NCBI GenBank assembly: GCA_945878865.1 | Contig: CAMCUD010000007.1 | Span: 80,227-144,226, forward strand | Length of the DNA: 64,000 nucleotides | Direction: 5' to 3' | From: Bifidobacterium breve | GTDB taxonomy: Bacteria > Actinomycetota > Thermoleophilia > Solirubrobacterales > Solirubrobacteraceae | Part shown: in pieces, positions 39,245-47,334 of the stretch | How the letters are laid out: each line of letters opens with the position of its first letter | Numbering within the stretch: position 1 is the first letter of the stretch | Notes under the pieces: model-generated | Told to the model about the DNA's origin: nothing | Database searches by the model: none | The model's input: the letters and a program-made list of their open reading frames with translations, nothing else | Translations under genes and position numbers: made by a program

Positions 39245-40537
39245 TCAGCCGGGGTGCAGCTCGAACATCATCCCGGCGATCTCGACGTCGTCGCCGGGCT
39301 CGAACCCGGCGGCCTCGAGCGCCCGGATCACGCCCATCCGATTGAGGCGATGCTCGATGTGGGCGAGCGCCTCTTCGTTTTCGAGGTCGTGCCGGGCGAG
39401 CAGCCGCTCGACGGGCGGACCGGTCACCCGGAAGACCCCCTCGTCCACCTGCTCGACGTGGAACCCCTGGTCGGCGGCCGGGCGGAAGACCATGTGCTCG
39501 GCGAGCGCCTCCTCGCCCTCGACGCTCGTGACGTCGACGCGCTCGCGCACCGGCACACGGCGGAACAGCTCGAGCGCGAGCTCGTCGAGCCCCTGCCGCG
39601 TCGCGCTCGAGGTCACCAGCACCGGCACGTCATCGCCGAGGCGGGCGCGCCACGCCGCCGCCTCCTCCTCTGCGCGCTCGGGCGCGACGAGATCGGCCTT
39701 GCTCAGCGCGACGATCCGCGGCAGCGCGGCGAGCCGCTCGTCGTGCTGGCGCAGCTCCTCCTCGATCGTCTGGAAGTTGTCCACCGGATCCGAGCCGTCG
39801 AGCGGCGCGAGGTCGAGCACGTGGACGAGCAGCGCGGTGCGCTCGACGTGCGCAAGGAAGTCGTGGCCGAGTCCGGCCCCCTCGTGCGCGCCCTCGATGA
39901 GTCCGGGGATGTCGGCGATGACGAGCTGGCGGTTCTCCCCGTCGAGCGTGCCGAGCACCGGCTCCAGCGTCGTGAACGGGTAGTCGGCGACCTTGGGTGC
40001 AGCGCGCGTCATCCGTCCCAGGAGCGACGACTTGCCGGCGTTCGGCAGGCCGACGAGGCCCACGTCGGCGAGCAGCTTCAGGCGCAGGTCGATCCAGCGC
40101 TCCTCCCCCGCGAGGCCGTTCTCGGCGAAGCGCGGGGACTGCCGGGTGGAGCCCGCGAAGCGCTTGTTGCCGCGCCCGCCCGTGCCGCCGCTGGCGACGG
40201 TCACGCGCTGGCCGGGGATGGTCAGGTCGTGCAGCGTGCCGTCGTCCATGGTCACCTGCGTGCCCGGCGGGACCTTGACCTCCAGCGTCTCCCCGTCGGC
40301 ACCGTGGCGGTTCGAGCCCTCGCCGTGGCGTGCCCGTTCGGCCTTGTAGTGGGCGCGGCGCTTGAAGGACTGCAGGTCGCGCATCGAGTCGTCGCAGACA
40401 AGCACCACGTCACCGCCGTGGCCGCCGTCGCCGCCGTCGGGGCCGCCGCGGGGGACGTGCGCCTCGCGACGGAAGCTCATGCAGCCGTTCCCGCCGTGGC
40501 CGGCCTGCACGAAGATGCGCGCCTTGTCGTAGAGCAC
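39245..40537 (-). CDS. obg: GTPase Obg/CgtA
   Basis: 430 aa with an Obg fold N-terminus (GGNGCMSFRRE), G1 GLPNAGKSS, G3 DIPGLIEGA and a C-terminal OCT-like domain. Confidence 0.96.
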   Translation of the reverse strand: MLYDKARIFVQAGHGGNGCMSFRREAHVPRGGPDGGDGGHGGDVVLVCDDSMRDLQSFKRRAHYKAERARHGEGSNRHGADGETLEVKVPPGTQVTMDDGTLHDLTIPGQRVTVASGGTGGRGNKRFAGSTRQSPRFAENGLAGEERWIDLRLKLLADVGLVGLPNAGKSSLLGRMTRAAPKVADYPFTTLEPVLGTLDGENRQLVIADIPGLIEGAHEGAGLGHDFLAHVERTALLVHVLDLAPLDGSDPVDNFQTIEEELRQHDERLAALPRIVALSKADLVAPERAEEEAAAWRARLGDDVPVLVTSSATRQGLDELALELFRRVPVRERVDVTSVEGEEALAEHMVFRPAADQGFHVEQVDEGVFRVTGPPVERLLARHDLENEEALAHIEHRLNRMGVIRALEAAGFEPGDDVEIAGMMFELHPG

Positions 40538-40546
40538 CGCCCCAGA

Positions 40547-40885
40547 CTAGGAGGCCGCGCTGTGCGTAGCACTGAGGTTCAACGCCACGACCCCCATGAC
40601 GATGAGCGCGACCCCGATCGCGCGCGTGACCGTCAGCGCCTCCGAGAACGCCAGGATGCCGATGAGCGTGATCGCGGCCGTCCCCACACCGGCCCAGATG
40701 GCGTAGGCGACGCCCACGTCGATGCCCTTCAGCGCCTGGGCGAGCGCGACAAGGGAGAGCACGTACCCCGCGACGACGATCGCGGTGGGCAGCGGCCGCG
40801 TCAGCCCCTCCGAGGACTTCAGGAAGCTCGTCGCGAGCACTTCGCACACGATCGCGGCAGCCAGCCAGATCCCGGCCATCGTCAT
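40547..40885 (-). CDS. SMR family small multidrug efflux protein (EmrE/QacE-like)
   Basis: 112 aa with 4 TM helices and a TM1 glutamate in AAAIVCEVLATSFLK. It has an ATGA overlap with the upstream methyltransferase gene. Confidence 0.85.
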   Translation of the reverse strand: MTMAGIWLAAAIVCEVLATSFLKSSEGLTRPLPTAIVVAGYVLSLVALAQALKGIDVGVAYAIWAGVGTAAITLIGILAFSEALTVTRAIGVALIVMGVVALNLSATHSAAS

Positions 40886-41559
40886 CCCTCGCCCGGGACG
40901 TAGACCCCGATCGTCCACCCCGCGCCCTGCCGGCTGTAGACCCGGGTCTGGGCCGCCAGGCGCCCGACCGCCGGCAAGCGGCGTAGGAGCCGGCGGGAGA
41001 ACCACAGCCGGTTGAACAGGGAGATCACGAAGACCCCGTCCGGCGCGAGGAACGATCGGTAGCGGCGGATGGTCTCGACCGGATCGTCGAAGTAGTACAG
41101 GCACTCGTTGAAGACGATGGCGTCGTACTCGCGGTCGGGCACGTACGCCGCGGCGTCCCCGACGACGAAGCGGGTGCGGTCGTCTTCACGCCCACGCGCC
41201 GTCTCGATCGTCTCGGCAAGCGGGTCGAGCCCCGTGTACGCGCCGTAGCGCAGACCCTCTTGGAGGATCCCCTGCGCGCAGCCGAGGTCGAGTACCGCGC
41301 CGCCCGGGGCGAACGTCTCGATGTACCCCTGGACCACCTGGTAGCGGCCCATCTCGTTGACGTCGCGCAGGCGCTCCCACCCGCGTTCGTTCTCGGCGGC
41401 GTTGTCGCGTTCGAGGTACCAGCGCAGCGCGGCGTGCGGAATCGGGACGAAGGCCAGCAACGGCATGAGGCCGGCCTCCATGATCCGCACCGTCAGCGAC
41501 GGCTCCCCGGGATACACGATGAACGGCGGCGCCCCGGGCGCCTCCTTCAGCGTCGTCAT
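40882..41559 (-). CDS. class I SAM-dependent methyltransferase
   Basis: 225 aa from ATG 41559 with motif I VLDLGCAQG and post-I and II regions. The track ORF 40882..42258 over-extends upstream. Confidence 0.8.
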   Translation of the reverse strand: MTTLKEAPGAPPFIVYPGEPSLTVRIMEAGLMPLLAFVPIPHAALRWYLERDNAAENERGWERLRDVNEMGRYQVVQGYIETFAPGGAVLDLGCAQGILQEGLRYGAYTGLDPLAETIETARGREDDRTRFVVGDAAAYVPDREYDAIVFNECLYYFDDPVETIRRYRSFLAPDGVFVISLFNRLWFSRRLLRRLPAVGRLAAQTRVYSRQGAGWTIGVYVPGEG

Positions 41560-41616
41560 AGGTTCCCCCCTGTCCGGAAACGCGAGCGTACCAACCCCGG
41601 GGCCTAGGATCCCGGC

Positions 41617-42306
41617 ATGTCCTCCGATCGCGTCTTCCTCATCACCGGTGCATCCACGGGCATCGGCGCCGCCACCGCCCGGCAGGCCGCCGCGGCGGGC
41701 TTCCGCCTCGTGCTGGCGGCTCGCAGCACCGACAGGCTGCAGGCGCTCTCCGATGAGCTCGGCGGCCTCGAGCGTGCGCTGGCCGTCGCCTGTGACGTCA
41801 CCGAGTGGGAGCAGGTCGAGTCCCTCGCCCAGGAGACGCTCGACACCTTCGGCCAGATCGACGTCGTCTTCGCCAACGCCGGCTTCGGCGCGACCCGCGG
41901 CTTTCAGAACGAGACGCCCGAGCACTGGAAGAGCATGGTGCTCACGAACGTGCTCGGCCCCGCGTACACGATCCGCGCGACGATGGACGCGGTCAAGGCG
42001 ACGAAGGGCCACTACCTGCTGACGAGCTCGGTGGCCGGCCGGCGCGCCCTGCCCGGGTCGCTCTACAGCTCGACGAAGCACGCCGTCACTGCGATGGCCG
42101 AGTCGCTGCGTCAGGAGCTCAACGACACCGGCGTGCGGGTCACGTCGATCGAGCCAGGCATGGTCGACACGCCGTTCTTCGACAACCGGCCCACGAACGC
42201 GCTGGAGGCCGACGACATCGCCCGGGCCGTGATGTACGCCGTGGCGCAGCCCGGGCACGTCGACATCAACGAGATCCTCATCCGGCCGACGGCGCAGCCG
42301 ACCTAG
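41617..42306 (+). CDS. SDR family oxidoreductase
   Basis: 229 aa with ITGASTGIG and YSSTKHA. Confidence 0.88.
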   Translation: MSSDRVFLITGASTGIGAATARQAAAAGFRLVLAARSTDRLQALSDELGGLERALAVACDVTEWEQVESLAQETLDTFGQIDVVFANAGFGATRGFQNETPEHWKSMVLTNVLGPAYTIRATMDAVKATKGHYLLTSSVAGRRALPGSLYSSTKHAVTAMAESLRQELNDTGVRVTSIEPGMVDTPFFDNRPTNALEADDIARAVMYAVAQPGHVDINEILIRPTAQPT

Positions 42307-43051
42307 CGCCCTCGGCCTCGGTCCACAGGCCCTCGAGCAGCGCGTTCACCGGGTCGCCGAGGGCCGGGATGCCGTGCCCGGCGCCCGCGAGGTGCGCGCG
42401 CCGCGCGCCCATGCCGTCGGCCACGCGGTCGGCGATCGTCTCGAACGCGACGCTGTGCTCCCCGGAGATCACCAGCTTGGGAAACGCCGCCGCGCGCAGC
42501 TCGTCGAGCGGGATGATCGCCTCGCCGGACGGTCGGCCGTTGGCCACGGCACGGACGCCGACCTGCAGCGCCCGCGGCAACCGGTCGGGGCGGACCTGCA
42601 CCTGCGCGCCGGCGCGGTCGAGGAACGCCTGGGCCATGGCGGGCGGGTCGCCGTGGAACTCGACGACCGCGCCGATGAGGCTGTCGTACGTCGCCTTGAC
42701 CTCGGGGACGTCGAAGGCGACCGACCACATCGACGGCTCGATGAGCGTGAGGCTGCGGACGTGGCCCGGCGCGCCGGCGGCCGCCAGGGCGCAGCCCACC
42801 GCGCCGTACGAGAAGCCGACGACGTGCGCACCACCGGGCTCCTGCGTGAGGGCCGCGGCGATGTCCTCGGTGTCGACCGCCCAGTTCTCCCCGATCCCGT
42901 CGTCGTCGCGTCGATAGCCGGCGCGCTCGGCGATCAGCAGTTCCCAGCGGTGGCGCAGCAGGGACTGCTCCATCCACTGGTAGCGGCCGCCGAGCATGCT
43001 GCCGTGCACCAGCAGGACGGGCGGTCCGGAGCCGAGACGGCGGATCTCCAT
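42278..43051 (-). CDS. alpha/beta-fold hydrolase
   Basis: 257 aa from ATG 43051 with PPVLLVHGS and the nucleophile elbow GFSYGA. Confidence 0.8.
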   Translation of the reverse strand: MEIRRLGSGPPVLLVHGSMLGGRYQWMEQSLLRHRWELLIAERAGYRRDDDGIGENWAVDTEDIAAALTQEPGGAHVVGFSYGAVGCALAAAGAPGHVRSLTLIEPSMWSVAFDVPEVKATYDSLIGAVVEFHGDPPAMAQAFLDRAGAQVQVRPDRLPRALQVGVRAVANGRPSGEAIIPLDELRAAAFPKLVISGEHSVAFETIADRVADGMGARRAHLAGAGHGIPALGDPVNALLEGLWTEAEGARSAAPSAG

Positions 43052-43099
43052 CCCGCGACACGGTACCGCCTCCCCCACCCAGGTGAACGGTGGTTCACC

Positions 43100-43192
43100 G
43101 GGGTCAGAGCCCCGCACGACGGACGTTCGGCCCGGGGGCGCAAGCGAGCGGAGGTCCTGCGGGGTCAGAGCCCCGCACGACAGACGTTCGGC
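43100..43192. repeat. two copies of a 32-nt direct repeat (31/32 identical), 61-nt period
   Basis: GGGGTCAGAGCCCCGCACGAC[G/A]GACGTTCGGC at 43100-43131 and 43161-43192. Each copy contains a GGGG-TCAGAG-CCCC hairpin. A palindrome GGTGAAC-GGTG-GTTCACC lies adjacent at 43082-43099. Confidence 0.85.
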
Positions 43193-43226
43193 GGGGCGGG
43201 GGCGGCGACGGCGACGGCGGTGTGGG

Positions 43227-43643
43227 TCAGTCCGGCGGGGGCAGCGGCGGCTCGGCCGGGGCGTCGGCCCCGCCTTCGAGCTGCGCGGCGAGCGCCAGGC
43301 CGGCCGCGGCGGCGCCGCCGGCCAGGGCGCCCACGCCGATCACGCCGGCGGACGGCAGCGCCTTGCGCGCGACGACCGTTGCGAGCAAGTCGATCGTGTC
43401 CGCCACCGCGGCCATGCGCATCCACCGCGCACCCACCTGCGGATGGTCGACGGTGTGCAGCGCGATGCCGCCGATGATGGCGTCACGGATGCCGAGGCCG
43501 CGCGCGAGCACGCGGGAACCCGGCGCCGCTGCGGCCTCCGGCCCGATCCACGCGCGGGTGAACCGGGTCGGGGCGATGATGAGGCCGATCCCGAGCGCCA
43601 CGCGCCCGGCAGCCAGGGCGCGGGCGGCGGTGCGGGGATCCAT
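43227..43643 (-). CDS. hypothetical membrane protein
   Basis: 138 aa with 3-4 hydrophobic segments (VALGIGLIIAP, AIIGGIALH, VIGVGALAGGAAAAGLALAA) and coding-like GC3. Confidence 0.55.
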   Translation of the reverse strand: MDPRTAARALAAGRVALGIGLIIAPTRFTRAWIGPEAAAAPGSRVLARGLGIRDAIIGGIALHTVDHPQVGARWMRMAAVADTIDLLATVVARKALPSAGVIGVGALAGGAAAAGLALAAQLEGGADAPAEPPLPPPD

Positions 43644-43654
43644 GACCCGAAGCC

Positions 43655-43915
43655 TTACTCGGCCGCGACGGGTTCGACGGACACGACCCGGCCGCGACGG
43701 CCGGTCGCGAAGACGACCTTGCCCTCCGCCTTGGCGAACAGCGTGTCGTCCTTGCCCATGCCGACGCCCTCGCCGGCCTTGAACCGCGAACCGCGCTGGC
43801 GCACGATGATCTCGCCGCCGGTGACGTACTCGCCGGCGAACACCTTCACGCCGAGCCGCTGCGCGTTGGAATCGCGGCCGTTCTTGGAGGAGCCGAGGCC
43901 CTTCTTATGCGCCAT
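43655..43915 (-). CDS. rpmA: 50S ribosomal protein L27
   Basis: 86 aa beginning [24 protein letters not shown]. Confidence 0.97.
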   Translation of the reverse strand: MAHKKGLGSSKNGRDSNAQRLGVKVFAGEYVTGGEIIVRQRGSRFKAGEGVGMGKDDTLFAKAEGKVVFATGRRGRVVSVEPVAAE

Positions 43916-44222
43916 GCTTGATCTCCGTGATCTCGAGCTTCGTCAGCTCCTGGCGATGGCCCGTGGTGCGCTTGTAGCCGCGCTTGGGCTTGTACTTGAA
44001 CACGCGGATCTTCTCCCCGCGCTCATGTCCGATCACCTTGGCGCTGACCGAGGCCTTCTCCAGACCCTTGGCGTCGAACACCGGCGCCTTGTCCCCCGCG
44101 ATGAGCAGGGTCTCCAGGGTGACGGTGGCACCCTCTTCGGCGGTCAGCTTCTCGACGAGCAGGGTGTCGCCCTGCTCGACGCGGTACTGCTTACCGCCGG
44201 TCTTGACGATCGCGTAGGCCAT
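43905..44222 (-). CDS. rplU: 50S ribosomal protein L21
   Basis: 105 aa from ATG 44222 beginning [19 protein letters not shown]. It overlaps rpmA by 11 nt. Confidence 0.96.
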   Translation of the reverse strand: MAYAIVKTGGKQYRVEQGDTLLVEKLTAEEGATVTLETLLIAGDKAPVFDAKGLEKASVSAKVIGHERGEKIRVFKYKPKRGYKRTTGHRQELTKLEITEIKHGA

Positions 44223-44229
44223 GGAAGAT

Positions 44230-46146
44230 TCAGGTGGTCTCAGTGGTTGCGGGCTCGGCGGTCTCGCTGGAAGCGTTGGACTCAGCCGTGGCACGAGAAC
44301 GGCGCCTACCGCCTCTGCGGCCGCGGCGCCGGGGCTTGGATTGTAGGACATCTCCGTCTGCGTCCTCGTCGGACCGCTCCGGAGCGGCGCCCTCGGTGTC
44401 CACGAGGACGGCCGTGGCGCTCGTCCGGCCGGCCGATTCGATGCACACCAGGCGCTTCTCGCCGACCAGCGGGCCGGCCCGCTTGACGCTGATGATGTAC
44501 CCGTCGATCTTCGCGACAGCGTCGTCGACGTCGTACATGTGCGGCTCGACGATGTGGACGAGGACCTCGTCGCCCTCGCGGAACGGCACGGCGCGCTCCT
44601 CGACCTCCTCGCGGGTGCCTTCGAGCGTGATCGCCATGTGATCGAGCGGCAGGCCTTCGGAGCCCTCGAAGAGGAACATCTTGCCCGTCTCGGCCTCCAG
44701 CGCGTGCAGGACGCGCGAGCCGTTGCCGGTGAACTGCGCGCTCACCCGCGGGTTGAGCTGGACGAGGAACGCCTCGATCTTCTTCGGCTTCTTCTTCGCG
44801 AGACGGCGCAGCTGGCGCTCAACGTCGATCGCGATGGTCTCCTCCGAGCGGATGACGCCCTCGCCGTCGCACGTCGGGCACTCGCGGCTGATGATCTCGC
44901 GCACACCCTCCGTCACGTTCTGGCGGGTCATCTCGACGAGACCGAGCTTGGAGATCTCGGCGGTGAACGTCTTCGTGCGGTCCTCGTCGAGGGACTTGCG
45001 CAGCGTCTTCAGCACGGCGTCGCGGTTGCGCGCGCGGGCCATGTCGATGAAGTCGATGACGATGATGCCGCCGATGTCGCGCAGGCGCAGCTGGTTGACG
45101 ACCTCCTCGGCGGCCTCGAGGTTCGTCCTGGTGATCGTGTCCTCCAGGCGAGCCTGCTTGCCACGCCCGACGAACGAGCCGGAGTTCACGTCGATGACGG
45201 TCAGCGCCTCGGCGTAGTCGATCATGAGGTAGCCGCCGGAGGGCAGGTCGACGCGCTTGCTCATCAGGCCACTGATGACGTCCTCGACGCCGTAGGCCTC
45301 CAGCAGCGGGACCTTGTCGTCGTAGAGCTCGACGCGCTCGACGAGCTCGGGCGCCGTGCGGCTGAAGAACGAGACGAGGCGGTGGTGCTGCTGCTCGTCG
45401 TCGACGAGGGCCCGCTCGAAGTCGGCGCTGAAGATGTCGCGCACCACACGGACCGACAGGTCGGCCTCCTGGAAGACGAGCGCCGGCGCAACGGCCTCCT
45501 CCACGCGCTTGTCGAGGACCTCGTGCAGCTTGAACAGGTACTGCAGCTCCCGCTCGAAGTCCTGGCGCTTGGCGCCGTGGGCCGCGGTGCGCACGATCGC
45601 GCCGCCGCCGCTGAGGTCGAGGCCCTTGACCTCCTTGCGCAGCCGGTCGCGCTCCTTGTCCTCCAGGCGCTTGCTCACGCCGACGCCCTCGCCGGTGGGG
45701 GCGTAGACCATGTAGCGCCCGGCGATGGTCAGCTCCATCGACAGGCGGGCGCCCTTGGTCTTCAGCGGGTCCTTGACGACCTGCACGACGATCTCCTGGC
45801 CGGGCTTGAGGAGGTCGGTGATCTTCTTGCCGCCCTCCTTGCCGCGCCCGCGCCGCGGCGTCTCGACGCCCGGGAGCACGATCTCGTCGACGTGCAGGAA
45901 GCCGTTCTTCTCCAGGCCGATGTCCACGAACGCGGCCTCGAGGCCGGGCAGGACGTTGTCGACCTTGCCCTTGTAGACGTTGCCGACAATCGAGCGGTTG
46001 CCGCGGCGCTCGAGGTAGATCTCGGCGGTGCGATAGCCGGCAGCCGGGTCGGTCTTCTTCTTGGACTTCGGCTTGGCGTCGGTCTCTTCCATCAGCGCGA
46101 CGCGGGTCTCCCCGCGGTCCACGCTGACGAGCACTTGCTTCTTCAA
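44230..46146 (-). CDS. rne: ribonuclease E/G family endoribonuclease
   Basis: 638 aa with S1 domain GNVYKGKVDNVLPGLEAAFVDIG, catalytic region GGIIVIDFIDM and an Arg-rich C-terminal tail. The start is TTG 46146 (or GTG four codons in). Confidence 0.93.
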   Translation of the reverse strand: MKKQVLVSVDRGETRVALMEETDAKPKSKKKTDPAAGYRTAEIYLERRGNRSIVGNVYKGKVDNVLPGLEAAFVDIGLEKNGFLHVDEIVLPGVETPRRGRGKEGGKKITDLLKPGQEIVVQVVKDPLKTKGARLSMELTIAGRYMVYAPTGEGVGVSKRLEDKERDRLRKEVKGLDLSGGGAIVRTAAHGAKRQDFERELQYLFKLHEVLDKRVEEAVAPALVFQEADLSVRVVRDIFSADFERALVDDEQQHHRLVSFFSRTAPELVERVELYDDKVPLLEAYGVEDVISGLMSKRVDLPSGGYLMIDYAEALTVIDVNSGSFVGRGKQARLEDTITRTNLEAAEEVVNQLRLRDIGGIIVIDFIDMARARNRDAVLKTLRKSLDEDRTKTFTAEISKLGLVEMTRQNVTEGVREIISRECPTCDGEGVIRSEETIAIDVERQLRRLAKKKPKKIEAFLVQLNPRVSAQFTGNGSRVLHALEAETGKMFLFEGSEGLPLDHMAITLEGTREEVEERAVPFREGDEVLVHIVEPHMYDVDDAVAKIDGYIISVKRAGPLVGEKRLVCIESAGRTSATAVLVDTEGAAPERSDEDADGDVLQSKPRRRGRRGGRRRSRATAESNASSETAEPATTETT

Positions 46147-46164
46147 GAGTTCATTCCTTCAGAT

Positions 46165-47334
46165 TCACATGGTGAGCACGCGACCCTTGGTCGCGGCCGC
46201 CGCTCGGCCCTGCGCGTAGATCGACTGCAGGAGGCCAATGGCGATGAGGGTGGTCAGGACGGACGATCCCCCGTAGGACAGAAGAGGGAGAGGGATCCCG
46301 GTGATGGGCATGATTCCGATGTTCATGCCCACGTTCACGAAGAGCTGGAACAGGATCATGGCGACGATGCCGCCGGCGATCAGCGCTCCGTAGAGGTTCT
46401 TCGAGATGGTGAGGATGCGCAGTCCTCTCCAGAGGAGCAGCGCGTAGAGGGTCAAGACGATGGCCGAACCCACGAATCCCCAGCGCTCGCCGACGACGGC
46501 GAAGATGAAATCGGTGTGGTGTTCGGGCAGGAAGTTCAACCGGGTCTGGGAGGAGAGCTCGCCGCGCCCGGTCCGCTGACCGGCGCCCACGGCGATTCGG
46601 GACTGATTCTGCTGATAGCCCTCGTCTCCTGGGTTGTCGGTCGGATGAAGGAAAGCCGTGAGTCGTTCGACCTGGTACTTCTGCAGGACGTTGACGCCGA
46701 TGGCCGGGCCGATCGCCAGGACGAACGAGATCGCGGCGACCCCGACGAACCCCAGGACAGCGAGCCGGTACCACGGCACGCCGGCGACGAACAGGATCGC
46801 CACCGCGGTGACGACGTAGACGAGCGCAGACCCGAGATCGGGCTGAAGCATGACGAGCGCCGTCGGGATGAGCGCCAGCAGCATGATCCGCGCGGTCGTC
46901 TGGCGGCTCGCCAGATCCCGAGCGCGGTCGACGACGACCGCGGCGAGCACGACGACGAGGAGCACCTTGACGACCTCGGAGGTCTGCACCTCGAAGAACG
47001 GCAGCTGGATCGCACGGCGTGAGCCCTTCGTCACGCCGCCGAACGCCGCGACGGCGACGATGAGGACGATCGCCACGCCGTAGATGCCGTACTTCAGCTC
47101 ACGCAGCCGCGTGTAGTCGAACCGGCTGATCACCGCCATGAGGATCAGCCCGAGCGTGAAGAACGTCGCCTGGCGGTTGACGTAGTAGTGCGGCTGGCCG
47201 GGGATGTCATCGGCGGTCGCGGCCGCGAGCACGATGAGCGACGCGACCATGAGGCCCAGCGTCGCGAGCAGCAGGAGCGGGTCGAACGGCAGCGCGAGCG
47301 CGCGCGGCGGCATGCGGGCGACGGGCTCGTTCAT
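46165..47334 (-). CDS. rodA: rod shape-determining protein RodA (SEDS family)
   Basis: 389-aa polytopic ORF with the C-terminal motif PITGIPLPLLSYGGSS. Confidence 0.93.
   Translation of the reverse strand: MNEPVARMPPRALALPFDPLLLLATLGLMVASLIVLAAATADDIPGQPHYYVNRQATFFTLGLILMAVISRFDYTRLRELKYGIYGVAIVLIVAVAAFGGVTKGSRRAIQLPFFEVQTSEVVKVLLVVVLAAVVVDRARDLASRQTTARIMLLALIPTALVMLQPDLGSALVYVVTAVAILFVAGVPWYRLAVLGFVGVAAISFVLAIGPAIGVNVLQKYQVERLTAFLHPTDNPGDEGYQQNQSRIAVGAGQRTGRGELSSQTRLNFLPEHHTDFIFAVVGERWGFVGSAIVLTLYALLLWRGLRILTISKNLYGALIAGGIVAMILFQLFVNVGMNIGIMPITGIPLPLLSYGGSSVLTTLIAIGLLQSIYAQGRAAAATKGRVLTM

Noticed and set aside
43100-43192. A CRISPR-like array.
   Set aside because: There are only two repeat copies with a single 29-nt spacer-like gap, no further units and no cas genes anywhere in the window.
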